From contig NC_057748.1 of assembly GCF_004010195.1 (NCBI RefSeq), forward strand, positions 27,690,180 through 27,754,179: a DNA stretch of 64,000 nucleotides. The letters run 5' to 3'. The notes under the pieces were generated by a model. The model was not told the origin of the DNA and ran no database searches. It saw nothing but the letters and a program-made list of their open reading frames with translations. The DNA comes from Chiloscyllium plagiosum (lineage: Eukaryota). Shown here in pieces: positions 37,311 to 51,100 of the stretch. The position numbers and the translations under genes were made by a program. Numbering within the stretch: the stretch's first letter is position 1; every line of letters begins with the position of its first letter.

Positions 37311-39037
37311 TAACAGCCAAATACCAATTCCAATCCAAACTAGAGACCCAGACAAACACCCAGCAAGTATGGCAAGGACTTAATGACATCACACGTTCTA
37401 AAAAGAGACAATGCAAAATAGCAGAACGATGACACATTCCTCCCATTTCAACACCTTATATCCTCGCTTTGAACAGAATTTTGGCGGAGAGGTAACACCT
37501 ATTCTGACAAGTCCTGTCGAACCTATCACAACAGTCACTGCATCAGAGGTCAGATCAGTTTCCTTCATGTGAATCCAAGGAAAGCAATGGGGTGGAGTAC
37601 CAGGCCGTGCAAGCCATGCGCAGGTCAACTAGTAGAGGTCTTCTCGGGCATCTTCAAACTGTCACTGGAGCAGGCTACTGTCTCTGCCTGTTTCAAAAAA
37701 AAAGGGCCAACATCATCCCTGTGCCTAAGAAGGCTCATGCAGCATGTCTCAATATATACCACCTCGTGGCCCTAACTTCGGTTGTCATGAAGTGCTTTGA
37801 AAGGTTGATCATGGCATTAATCAACTCCAGCCTCCCTCCTGCTCTTCACCCACTCCAATTTACCTAACTGTCCACGTCAGAAGCCATATTACTAGTCTTT
37901 CACTCCTCCCTAGAACATCTTGACACCAAGAACAGTTACATAAAAATCCAACTCATTGATTACAGTTCAGCCTTCAACACTATTATCCCCACAAGTCTGG
38001 TTAATATTTTTATTGATCTCGGACTAAGCCCCACTCTCTGCAACTCGACGCTCAGTTTCCGGACCATCAGGCCACAATCAGTGAAGGCTGGGGTAAATAG
38101 TTTATCCTCACTAACACGCCACACTGGAGTCCCCAGGGGTGTGTACTCAGCTCCCTACTGTACTCACTGTATACCCATGGCTGTGTCGCAAAATACCAGA
38201 CTCATGCCATTTACAAGTTCGCTGATGACACCACCATAGTCAGTCCAATCTTAGATGGCGGCGAAACAGATTACAGACGGGAGATGGAAGACTTGGAAAA
38301 ATGATGCACTGAGAACAATCTAGCGCTCAAATGCTGGCAAACCCAAAGAACTCATTATTGAGTTTCAGCGGGATAGAACTCTTGCCCCCCACCCCACACA
38401 CACACACACACATTAACAGCACAGAGGTGGAACGAATGGAGAGTGTCAAGCTCCTGGGAGTGGTCATCCACAACAAGCTTTCATGGACTCTTCATGTAGC
38501 CGCACTAGTTACAAAGGCCCAATGACTTCTCTTCTTCCTCAGGCAGCTGACAAAATTTGGCATGACGGCCATCGAGAGCATTGTGTCTGGATTTATCACT
38601 ACCTGGTATGGCAACTGTTCGATTCACGATCGGAGACGGTTACAGAGTTTGGTGAACTCGGCCCAGACAATCACAAAGGCCAACCTCCCATCTGTGGAAT
38701 CCATCTGCCACCACAGCTGTCAACGAAAGGCTGCCAGCATTCTCAAAGATCCATCCCACCCTGGCAATGTTTTTCTACAACCTCTACCATCGGGGAGAAG
38801 TTTAAGAAGCCTGAACACACGCACCAGCCAGTTTTGCCATAGTTTCTACACTGCTGTTGTTAGAATTCTGAATGAACTCACAAAATTTTAACAATCATCT
38901 GTACCTTTATTTTTTTTTGCTGGTTTACTTATTTACTTCTCTATGCTACTTAACTCTGTGTTCAGCCTGTATTGCTCATAAGACAAAGTTTTTCATTGTG
39001 CCTCTGTACACGTGACAATAAATTCAATTCCATTCAA
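37311..39037 (+). mobile_element. 5'-truncated Rex1/Babar-like LINE (decayed RT)
   Basis: IIPVPKK...VALTSVVMKCFERL...DYSSAFNTI...YKFADDTT (38215-29); AATAAA+(ATTCA) tail; absent at the homologous site of unit 1 (~19610). Confidence 0.85.
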
Positions 39038-39719
39038 ATTGCAGAACAGACTCTATGGGCTGAACAGCCTACTTCTCTTCCTCCGTTTGAAAATCCTTCC
39101 AAGGCAAACTGTATCAGTCTAACGCTATAAAGTTTTGTTCAACTGTGATTGGATATAAAAATTCTTCAGTTGACTCTGAGTCGGTCCTGAGACCTTTCAC
39201 GCATACCATGAAAAATAGATTGCAGAAAAAAAGTGTTGGAATCAGTGTTGGTAGTGAACTGTATTTCACTCCATGCAGAAAAAAAGGAAGTGATACCTAC
39301 ACAGTAAAGCAACACACTGACTGTGACCATAACTGTCTAATTTCTCCTTGAGGTCTGGGAAATGGGGGAACCCGCTGGCATACATTCTGAACAGTATGAG
39401 TAAGGATCTGGTAACGGTGCACAGAATGTCTGAGCAGTTTCACATCTCCCAGCTCACACTGAAGATGTTCACATAAGATGATTGGCCCATCGGGATTGGC
39501 TGCATTGGTCGGCAGATGGGTGGGGGAGTCTGGTCCAAATGCTTATTCAATTCATTTTTGTGGATATTACCGAGCTCGAGTTTGAAAGACAGTAGACTCT
39601 CTGGAAAAGTCAGAGCAGTGCAAACATTTCGAGGTGTGCTTCTAGTTGATGGGTTCGGACCACAGGCTCGACATTTTCTCAGATACATTTTCTGAAAGTG
39701 CACACCATCCTCATCCCTG

Positions 39720-40530
39720 ACGCTGGTTGGCACTGTGACTCATGTATGTCCTCAACAAAATAGCTGTGTGGTGCTGTGACTGACATGCTACTCTTTCCTG
39801 CCGCTGGGTGGTGCTGTAACTGAAACATGTCTGTGCCATGCACACACGCAGACATACACACACACTCACGGAGAAAATGCTGGAAAATCTCAGCAAGTCT
39901 GGCAGGATCTGTAAGGACAGAAAAGAGCTGACGTTTCGAGTCTAACTGACCCTTTGTCAAGGATCAGTTAGACTCGAAACGTCAGCTCTTTTCTCTCGTT
40001 ACAGATGCTGCCAGACCTGCTGAGATTTTCCAGCATTTTCTCTTTTGGTTTCAGATTTCAGCATCCGCAGTAATTTGCTTTTATACACGCACTCATCCCA
40101 CCACTAGGTGGTGCAGTAACTGAACTACATTTCTCTCTCTCTCTCGCTCGTTTCAGATTTCAGCATCCGCAGTAATTTGCTTTTATACACGCGCTCATCC
40201 CACCACTAGGTGGTGCAGTAACTGAACTACATTTCTCTCTCTCTCTCGCTCGCTCTCTCTCACTCTCTAACATCCTTGCAGCTGGGTAATGCAGTCACTG
40301 ATATATATATTATATACATATATATACACACACAGTATATAACGTGTGTGTGTATATATATATTAACATACACACAGATATATATACATAAATGCATGTA
40401 TGTGTGTGTGTGGTGCATGGACACACACACATTCTCTTATTCCTGCCTCTCTGTGGTTCTCTAACTGAAAAATATACATGGATCATGCCCACACATACAC
40501 GCGCACTCATGCTGCCACTGGTGCTGCTGT
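39720..40530 (+). promoter_or_regulatory. Expanded tandem array of CTCF-consensus-like motifs
   Basis: CCACTAGGTGGTGC x2 (40101, 40203), CCGCTGGGTGGTGC (39801), plus degenerate copies at 39720, 39761, 40279 and 40515. Confidence 0.6.
39871..40080. mobile_element. Palindromic Penelope-like terminal-repeat remnant
   Basis: ~84-bp arms with ~5 mismatches and a ~4-nt loop (39871-40042); contains GAAACGTC. Confidence 0.6.
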
Positions 40531-41052
40531 AACTGAAATGCATATATGATATACACACACAGACACACACACACACGCGCAAACACACACACACTCAGAT
40601 ATCCCTGCTCCTGGGGAGAGTGGTGAGTTATTTTTCCCCCTGAACACATTACTCCCTGAGATTTATCAACACTTCTGTATACTTTCAGTGATCAAAGCAG
40701 TTGATCATGCAGCACTCGTATGTGATGTGTTGCTTGAGCCAAAATGCGTGTTCTAAGGAAGAATCACTGGACATGAAATGTTAACTTAGATGCCAGACCT
40801 GCTGAGATTTTCCAGCAAGATTTGTTTTTGCTTCACCTTTACAGTATTCACAGTTATTTCAGTTTTAATTAGTTATTTGGGGTATTGGAGTTACTTATTT
40901 ATGCTCACTTTTTTAAAATTTGATTTATGATTGGTACATGTACTGAGGTACACTTAAAACGTTGGTCCATGTAGTACAGATAGATCATATTATGCAAAGT
41001 GTGCTAGATAATAGAACAGGGCGTGGAACATAATGCTAAGGCTGAAAAGAGA

Positions 41053-41368
41053 TTAGATTTTAGATTACATTACAGTGTGGAAACAGGCCCTTCGGCCCAA
41101 CAAGTCCACACCGACCCGCCGAAGCGAAACCCACCCATACCCCTACATTTACCCCTTACCTAACACTACGGGCAATTTAGTATGGCCAATTCACCTGGCC
41201 CTGCACATCTTTGGACTGTGGGAGGAAACCGGAGCACCCGGAGGAAACACACGCAGACACAGGGAGAATGTGCAAACTCCACACAGTCAGTCGCCTGAGG
41301 CGGGAATTGAACCCGGGTCTCTGGCGCTGTGAGGCAGCAGTGCTAACCACTGTGCCACCGTGCCGCCC
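41053..41368 (-). mobile_element. Full-length HE1-type tRNA-derived SINE
   Basis: On the minus strand: GGGCGGCACGGTGGCACAGTGG (A box), GGTTCAATTCC (B box), CR1-like 3' tail ending in TAATCTA repeats. Confidence 0.9.
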
Positions 41369-41429
41369 ACAGGGGTGCACAATGAGCAAGATCGTCATTA
41401 GATTTACAATTTGAGAGATCCATTCAGAA

Positions 41430-42362
41430 GTCATTGAGTCTTACAGTCATAGACATGAACAGCATGGAAACAGACCCTTCGGTCCAACCTTCCCATGTCG
41501 ACCGGATGTCCCAATCCAATCTCGTCCCACCTGCCAACAGCCGGCTCATATCCCTGCAAACCTTTCCTATTCATATACCCATCCAAATACCTTTTAAATG
41601 TTGCATTTGTACCAGCCTCCACCACGTCCTCTGGCAGCTCATTCCATACACGTACCACCCTCTGCAAGAAAGGTTTGCCCCTTTCCCCTCTCATCCTAAA
41701 CCTATGCCCTCTAGTTCTGGATTCCCCTACCCCAGGGAAAAGACTTTACCTATTTATCCTATCCATGCCCCTCAAGATTTCAAGGAGCTATGAACCTGCA
41801 CTTCACGGTCTCTTTGTTCAGCAACACTCCCGAGAACAGTACCATTAAGTGCATGAGTCCTACTAAGATTTGCTTTCCCAAAATGCAGCACGTCGCATTT
41901 ATCTAAATTAAACTCCACCTGCCAGTTCTCAGCCCATGTCTGATCAAAGTCCCGTTATAATCTGAGGTAACCTTATTCGCTGTCTACTACACTTCCAATT
42001 TTGGTGTCATCCAGACAAATGTGACGTGATGTATTCAGTCAAGTCTAATTCTACAGCGAATTATACATTGAACGGAAGAGCGTTGGGAAAGGTTGATGTG
42101 CAGAGAGATCTGGGAGTGCAGGTCCATTGTACCCTGAAGGTTGCTGCACAGGTGGGTACAGTGGTCAAGAAGGCATATGGTATGCTTGCCTTCGTTGGAC
42201 GGGGTATTGAGTATAAGAGCTGGCAAGTCATTTTAAAATTGTACAAGACATTGGTTCTGCTGCATTTAGAATACTGTGTACAGATCTGGTCGTCACATTA
42301 CCAAAAGGATGTGGACACTTTGGAGAGGGTGCAGAGAAGGTTTATGAGAATGTTGCCTGGTA
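41430..42362. mobile_element. Abutting CR1 fragments in opposite orientations (minus 41430-42020, plus 42026-42362)
   Basis: Plus ORF QRDLGVQVH...KKAYGMLAFVGRGIEYKS...LEYCVQIWS..LERVQRRF; minus QRVVRVWNELPEDVVEAG. Confidence 0.85.
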
Positions 42363-44179
42363 ATTAGGAATTAATGGTGGGTGCTGGGCTCAGCTGCCAA
42401 AGGTCCTGTGAAAGAATGAAGTTGAGGCGGGAATATATTCTGTCAGTGCAATCTTTCTGTGCTTTTCTGCATTCCATGAGATCCTTCAGTTTTGGTTGGC
42501 CATGCTACACGCCCTCCCTCACACTCTTATTCTCCTTCGGCCAGTGAAAAGATGGATTTGTCAAAAAATAGTTAAGGCATCAAGGGAGAAAGGGGGGATG
42601 TGACATTGAGGTCATGGCCAAATTGAATGACGGAGCAGGCTCGAAGGGCCTCCTCTTGCTCCTAGCTCCTGTGTGGCCCAAACCGTAGTTCTTTGCCTGT
42701 TCTTCTGCCTCAGGCATGTCGAAGGGGCCTGACAAATGAGAATTAAAAATGTGCTGTTGGCTGGTGTTCACCACCTGGCAAGAACATGTACTGGGTTGGC
42801 AAGTACACAGTGTGCTACGCCAACTATCTGTGGAGCAACTATGTAAATAAGTCCAAAGAGTGATTTCACCTGGTGGGAACTGTAAATTACCATTACCGTG
42901 ATAGCTCTATTAACACCTACTCCTCCTCCCCCTCCCTCATTGCAATCCTTTTGACTCAAATGTGCACGTATGCCTCCCATTGGCATTTCTTTTCTTTCCA
43001 AACACACACACAGACACACACATGCTCTCTCTTTTCCTCACACCTATCATCACACACTGGACAGAAAAGCTATTCAAACGTGGGCAACGTCACAACACAA
43101 CCTGAAGTGGCACTCTCTCTGAAAGATGTAGCTTGGTGCCATGACGCATTACAGCATGGGCACAGAACCAAACAGTCTTCGTATCTGCGGATTTAACATG
43201 CAATCAAATTAAAATCAAGAAAGATCCTCAAAATTGATTCCATTGAATCCTACCCAGGTGTTTTTCGATACGAATCTTAGCAACTGCAGTTTTGATCAGG
43301 AACCAAACTGCAAATAACTTCCAGGCCTTTCGACACAAACTGTTACCCAGAGTCGAAAAGTCATCTTTAGCTCACAATTCACAGCTCCAGAACAACATTG
43401 ATAAAAGTTTTCAAATACAAACGATGAAAAATCATTGGGATTTCTAACAGGTGGAGCTGACCGACTCAGTTTGCACGGGTGAGGTGGTGCTCAACAGTGC
43501 TGGGGATTGGATGGCTGAAGTAAGTGTGAGGGCAGGTCGATCTGGGGGCTGTTACATGTGAGAGATGGGCAATAAGAGATAGTTGCTGATGTATACGCAG
43601 GATAATGAGCCAACGCAATAAATATATGCAAAACACAGAACGGAATATCTAACGTCATATGTCAGTTCCACAGAACTGACTCATTAATCGCAAGTGATCT
43701 ATGAATTGCACTAGCAGCCTATTTAGGGTCATCAATGTAGCTTGGAAAGTGATTCAATTATGCATGCTAACTCTACACATGTGGATAGGAAGGGAACAGT
43801 CCTCTCCAGCCAAAATTAATATCTTTGATTACTCTTGGACCAGCATCCACTTCCTCTTATTCACTCCCCATAGAAAGGCATTTAGAGACGAATGTATCAA
43901 CGTTGAGGCATTGGCCCTTGTTGCAATCCAAACATTCCCCTTTCCTCTTGTGATATAAGTTATGGCTCCCTTTGAAATTTTGTATTCTTGTGTCGTGTTC
44001 TGATGAATTCAAAAAGCAAAAATATATGATACGATATGATGTTGGCTGCAAGTCACAGAATGTTGCCAATCAACCAATGCCAGATTATAGCCGTGCTGAT
44101 GCTCCAATCGAGCCTACTTGCATCTTTGCTCATCCAAATTTTTCGATGTGACCCTCCATAACCTCTTCCCCCCGCCTTC

Positions 44180-44412
44180 CACATCGACCCTCCGAAGAGT
44201 AACCCAACCAGACCCATTTCCCTCTGACTAATGCACCTAGCACCATGGGCAATTTAGTATGGCCAATTCACCTGACCCGCACATTTTTGGATTGTGGGAG
44301 GAAACCCACACAGATACGGGGAGAATGTGAAAACTCCACACAGACAGTTGCCTGAGCCTGGAATCGAACCTGGGACACTTGCTTCTGCGAGGCAACAGTG
44401 CTAACCACTGCC
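44180..44412 (-). mobile_element. HE1-type SINE fragment
   Basis: Homologous body and B box. Confidence 0.75.
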
Positions 44413-47400
44413 CAACAAGTGGCAGGCTCCCACAAGTGCATCGAATTAATGCACTTCACAACCGTTCACTCCCTCTGGGAGCACGTTCCACTTTCTCAAT
44501 GCTCCTTCCCTTTAAAGAATTTTTTAGGGCATTCTAAAGACTCATAGGATCCAACAGAACGGAGATAGGCCATTTGGATCAAATTGATTCAAGCCAACAA
44601 AATATTCATCCATGCTAACCCCATTGCCCTGCATTTGGCACATATTCTTTAAAGCTTTAAATTTTGTGAAGGTACCCGCCTCAACCACTTCCTATGGCAG
44701 CTCATTCCATACGTGTCCCATTCTCTGTGTGAAAGCGTTACCCTTCGGCTTCCCCTTTATTCTTTCCCCTCTAACTGAAATGTCCCAAACCTGGGAAAAA
44801 TACTGAGTACATTCACTCTATCCATGCCTCTCATGATCCTATTAACTTCCATAAGGTCTTCTCTCAGTCTCCTATGATCTGAAGAAAATAATTCCTATCT
44901 TGTCCAACTTCGCCCTTTAATTGAGACTGTTGACTCCTGGCAATATTTTTGTAAAATTCTTCTGCACTCTTTCCAGTATAGTAACATCTTTCCTATAGCA
45001 AGGTTACCAACACTGCACACTGTCCTCAAGTGCTGCCTCATAAAGGTTCTGTCCAACTGATCAACTTATCCGCTCAAAGCCCTGACATAGAAAGCCCAGT
45101 GTGCCAAAATTCTTCACTGCCCTGTCTAACCGTGACTTGTCCTTCAGAGAACAGTGCAACTGAACTCCAAATTTCCGCTGTTCCACTAGACTCCTTAAGG
45201 CCAGACTATTTACTATGAAGGCCCTACCGTTCACCAGCATCGATTCCACAGAGATAGCACGAGACCGCTCAACCCCTCAATCCTCTTTGGCCCTTCAATC
45301 AAAGAGTGAGACTGAGTTGCCTCTCAACTCCTTCAAACCACATGTATATTTTCTAAAGCATTTAATGCCCATACCTACACAATAATTGCTGGGAGTTGGT
45401 TTGGGCTGGGGTGTGGGGAAATGGCGTTGCTCAGAAACTAAACAGGATCGGCCGCATAAATAATGTAGCCACGTAAATACCAAGAGAAGGGAAGAAGGGC
45501 AGAGACTCACCTCTTCGCTCTCCAAAACCTTTCCAATGTCCACATGGCACAAGTCAGGAATGTAATGGAATTTTCCCACTTGCTTCGCTGGGAATTAAAC
45601 ATGGCATCGTTCAGGATAAAGCAGCCTCTTTAATTGGCACTGCATCCACAAATGTACCTTCCCTCCGCCACCGACGCTTAGTAGCAACAGTAAGTGTCGT
45701 CTCCAAGCCAGACTGCAGCAATTCACAAAGGTTCTTGAGACAGAACCTTCTAAACCTACAGGTCTAGCCTCGAAAAGGACAAGGGCAGCTGATACATGTG
45801 AGCGCCACCACCTGCATGATCTCGTCCAAGCTACACATTTTAACCGAGAAATACATCCGCCATTCCTTCAGAGTGGTTGTATCTAAATTCTGGCATTCCC
45901 TCCCTGACAGCTTTGTGAGTGTCCCGATGCCACACGAGGACTGTAGCAATTCAAGAAAGTGGGTCGCCACACTGTCTCAAGAGGGAACTGGCATTCTACA
46001 ATAAACGGTTGCCTAGCTAGCAGTGCCCATCTCCCCTGACGGGAAAATGCAAAATAAAGCTTGCTGTGTACAAATGGCTGCCATCTTACCACCTTCGCAG
46101 CAGTAGAGTGGATTAGAGTAGCTTGATTTGTCGTTTCTACCATATATAACTGGTACAATTAAAAAAAAGAGCCAACGTTCCTCCAGGACCAAGGTACTAT
46201 ACTCGAGAATACAGTCATACACAGGGCAGCATAAAGTGCAAAGAAAAATACAAAACATCCAAGACAGCGAGTAATTCCTGATAAGACAAGACAATAGGCA
46301 CAGTGGTAGACGAATTACATTGTAACAATGAATGATCGTTAATAAAACGCTGTTTTAGCATCAATTCAAAAGGTCGTCCGAAAATTGCAAATGGAACCGA
46401 GTGTGATCATGCAATGTTAAGGCGTCTGATGACTTGGGGGAAGAAACTATTGCACAGTCTGGCCGTGAGAAACCGAAGTGACCGCATTACTGCAAGTAAT
46501 GAATTGGCTATGAAGCACTTTAGGACATGCTGATGTTTTGACCGGCGCTATGTTTAATGCAAGCTCTCAAACTTGTTCTGACAGCGCAGCCTGAACCTTA
46601 TCAAGCATGAAGGGTTAAAGGCTGCGAGTAGAACTGAAAGCCAATGAGGGTACAATAAGGAAGTGCTACTGACAGCTTCTGATCAACACGGATCATATCC
46701 TTTAAGCCACAAATTAGTGTAAAGAATTAATTGGGATCTGATAAATGCAGCCGTTGGCGAGAGCATAGAGGGAGATTTGCTAGAATGGGAGCAGGGATGA
46801 GGGTCTTCAGTTTAAATTTCGTCCACCCCCTCCTCGTTCTGGACACCGCTCACGGATGTAACTTTGCATATTTCAATATTCTTCAACCGACACACATGTT
46901 TGAGTGTCCTTTAGCAACTGGCCATTAGTTCTCAGAAGAGAAATCCCACATGATTTCTGCGGACCCTTTCCACAGTTTTTTAAAAGCTCTTTGCAACCAT
47001 TAAAAACTTCTTCAAGACTGTCAGGGCATAGAGAAACGGGGAGGGGTGAATGGTCTGGAGGAGTTGAAAGAGGTAGTTAGAGGTGAAGGGGCTAGAGGAG
47101 GTAACACATTGGGAATGTTGGAGAGGCTGGAGTAGTTTGCAGACATAAGGAGCACTGTAGCAGCTAGAAAAGGAATTAGCTGGAAGAGGTTTCGGCAATA
47201 CAGTGGGTTATAGGAGCTGGACGAGGTTTCAGAGATAGGGAGGGCTCTGGGTGCTTGAGTAGGTAACCGAGAATGGGTGGTTTGCGGGGCTCGAGGAGTT
47301 TACAAAAAGAGGGAGAGCGACAGTGCTGGAAGAGGTTATGCAGATAGGGAGGAGTTCGCGGCTGGAGATGGATACAGAGATAGATTCATAGAGTTATGCA

Positions 47401-48129
47401 GCATGAACACAGACTCTTTGGTTCATCTCGTCTAGTTATGCTAAACTAGTCCAGTCCTATTTACCAGCATTTGCCCCATAACTTTCCAAAATCTACCAAT
47501 TCATGTCCCCATCAAAATGCCTGAGAAGTATCTAATTGTGACTCACTTCCTGTGACAGATTATTCCACGCAAACACTGCCCTCTGTGTGAAAAGATTGCC
47601 TCTCAGGTCCCTTTGAAGTCTTTCCTTTCACCTTGCAACGGTGCCCTCCAATTTTGGACTCCTCTCCTCTGGGATAATACCTTAGCTATTCATCCTATCA
47701 TTCACCTTATAATTTTATAAGTCTCTATAAGATTTATAAAACTGTCAGCCTCCAACGGTCCAGGGAAAATAACCCCAGATCTTTCAGCCTTTACCTGTAT
47801 CTCAAAACCTCCAACCCTGGCAACACCCTTTTCAGTCTTTTATGAACTCCTTGAAGTTAAAGAACATCTTTCCTATAACAGAGAGACCAGAACTGAACAT
47901 ATTCTAAAAGTGGCCCAATCAAAGTCTGTACAGCCCCAACTCTTATACTCATAGCACTGATAGTTTAAGGCAAAGATGCCAAAGGCCTTCTTCCCCAGCC
48001 ATCTAACTGTTATTCCATTTTCAATGAACTATGCACCCTTATATCTGTTGGTTTTGCAGCACTCACCACGGTATCCTATTAAATGTCCAAGGCCTGTCCT
48101 GATTTTACTTACAAGGTGCAACACTTTAT

Positions 48130-51100
48130 TGTGCTGTAGGGGTTGAAGGAGATTATAAAGAAATGGAAAAAGTTGTGGCGAGAGGAGGTGACCAACATAT
48201 AGATAGTGCAGGGGCTCAAAAGGATGATTTAGGAAAGGATGGGTTGGAAGGGCATAGTGATACGGTCGGATAGAGGGGCTGAAGGAGGTGACAGAGATAG
48301 GGATTGGGCGAGGTTGTGTAGAGGTTGCAGAGGTGGGTATGGTGTACTGACGTTTTTACTTCCAGAGGTATGGTAGGTGTAGGGATTGGTGGATTGATAC
48401 AGGTAAGTTGACGTGAAGGGGTTGGAGGTATTTGCACAGATAAGTGGATTGTACGTGCTGGAGGAGGTTACGGAAATAGGGAGGGAGTTTTGGAGCTGGA
48501 ATAGTTGACAGAAATTGGGAGGAATATAGGGCCTGGAGGAAGTGGAAGAGATAGAGAAGGCTGTAGGAACTGGAGGAATGTGTGGAGATAGCATTGGATA
48601 TCAGGGCAGGAGATCTGATAGAGATAGAGAGTGTTGTCCTTTCTGTCAGAGGTTACAGAGGGGTGGAGGCGGTTACCAAGATATGGATTTGATAGAGATT
48701 GCGAGGGATTTACAGGCTGGAGGTGGTTACAGAGATAGGAAGGGAGAGTAGGAGCTGGAGGAATTGAGAATGATGTGGGGACTGTAGGCGGTCACAAAAA
48801 TACGGAGGGTCTCAGAGATAGTGAGGGACTGGAGTCGGTGAAAAAGATAGGTAGATTTGTTTGTACTGGAAGAAGATGCAGGTACAGTAATCGGTGTAGA
48901 GCTGGAGTTGCTGGCAGAGACAGGAAGAGGTGTAAAGACTGGATTGTGTGACAGAGATAGCTAAGTGGTGTAGCGACTGGAGGATATCAGAGATAAGTAA
49001 TAGGGAGGTGTGTAAACGTTGGATGAGTCTACAAAGTTTGTGAGTGTTGTAGATGCTGGAGGCAGTTATAGCGATTGGGACGAGTTTTCCAGCTGGAGTT
49101 GGTTACAGAGATAGGGAGTCATGTCATGGATGTTGAGGATTGGATGTATTTGTAGAGATGCAGGGCATGGTTTAGATAACAATGGAGCGATATAAAGACC
49201 TCAGATGGGTACAGAGAGAGATAGGGGTGTCAGCGCTGGAGGCATTGACAGAAACAGGGAGGAACCTTGTGGTCTGCAGGAAATGGCAGAGATAAGGACG
49301 TGTGTAGGAACTGTTTGAGAGTATGGAGATAGGGCGGGATACAATGGCTGGAGGAGGTGACAGAGATGTGATGGGGTTCAGGGATTGGAATTGTTTACAG
49401 AAATAGGGTTTAAAGAGGTTTGAGGAGTTTAAAGTGGACAGGGATTGTTTCAGTTGCTGCAGAATTACGTGGTGAAATAGTTTGTTACAGAGACTAATGA
49501 GTGTTATTTAGATACGGAGTGATGAAGCTTCGAGAGAAGGTTACAGGCTGGGGGAAAGGTTCTTGGGATATGGAGGTTCACGGGACTGGAGGATTATGTG
49601 GTGGAAGGCCGGGATACAGGAACTGAGTTTAGAGAGATAGGTAGAGTTTTAGGGGCTGAAGGAATTGACAGAGATAGGGAGCGTTTTAGTGTCTCGAGGA
49701 GCTTACAGAGCTGGGAGGAGAGTCAGAGAGATTGGAGATATCTGGAGAATGGTATTGGAACCTATGGTGGTTACAGAGATAGGGATGCCTGTTAGCGCTG
49801 GTGACAATGTTAGAAAAAAAAACAGGGAACCTAAGGACTGGAGGATGCTATCAGGGTTAGAGAGTTGGAGCAATGGGGAGAGGCTGAAGTGATAGGAGTT
49901 GTTTTCCCGGGAGCGTCAAAGGCTGAAGGATGACCTGATACAGTTGTATATAATCATAATAGGCATGAACAGGGTAAATAGAATGGTCTTTTCTCCAGGT
50001 GGAGGTTAGTGGTGGTTGTCCAGAAGTAGAGGGAATAGGTTTAGAGTGATAAGGGAATATTTCAAAAGGGACCTAAGGAGCAACGTTTTCATGCAAGTGG
50101 GTAGCGAGTGTAAGGAATGAGCTGCCAGAGGAGGTAGTGGAGGAAGGTACAGTTGCAACATTTAAAAAGGCATTTGGATGGGTACATGAATAGGAAGGGT
50201 GTACGGGGTATGGGGCAAGTGTTTGCAAATGGTACTAGATAATTTAGCATATAAGGTCGGTATTGAAGGATAGGACTGAAGGGTCTGTTTCCATGGTCTA
50301 TGACTCTAAGTGACAGAGATAGAGCAGAATGTTAGAACTGGAGGAGGGAATGGTGATTGGGATTTCTGGGTTGGAGGGGGTGAGAAGTAGGCAGGGGATC
50401 ACGGGCTGAATAAGATTATAGAGATATGGAGGGGTTCATGGGCTGTGGAGGGTGCGGTGACAGGGTAGGATATATGGTGTAGAGAAGGTTGCAGAAATTA
50501 GAGGTTCTGTGGCTGGAAATAGAGTGGCATAGAGTTTGAAGCGCATTGCAGAAATATTGAGGTGAGCAGGTCCTGCAGGAAGTAACATATCTCGAGATTG
50601 GTGTAGAGACTTGAGGAGGTGATATTGATAGGGAGGGATGTAGCCACTCGAGAAGGTGACAGGGAGAAGAATGGTTATAGGCCATGGAGAAGATTACAGT
50701 GATACTGACAGGATTGGGGGTGATGGAGTTCACAGAGACGGGGAGCGCTGTAGGATTGGAGGGGTCTGCAGAGATAGGGAGAGTATCAGGGGCTGGAGGA
50801 GGTGAGACATAAGGAATGTAGCGACTGGAGACAATTACACAAATAGGATCAGGTGTCGAGTCTGTCAAAGATAACAGAGGAAGCGAGTGGTGTAGTGTCC
50901 AGAGGACGTCAGAGCAATAGGAAGGATTGTGGTGATTGAAGGGGATGGCAGAGGTATGGAGTGTTTTAGGGCCAGGTGAAGATAATAAGAGAGATGTATG
51001 GGGATCTGATTTGGTTACGGCAAAAGGGAAGGGTGTATGCATTAACAGAAATTGTGAGAAATCTAGTCTCTGGAGAAAGTGGCAGAGATAAGGAAGGGTG

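Larger units (their letters stand above)
26170..42360 (+). repeat. Segmental duplication unit 2 (V2-J2, C deleted)
   Basis: Collinear with unit 1; at ~36390 it jumps from the J-C intron to the homolog of ~18660. Confidence 0.85.

Noticed and set aside
39720-40530. CRISPR-like repeat-spacer array
   Set aside because: Eukaryotic context, degenerate repeats, microsatellite spacers of unequal length, and no cas genes
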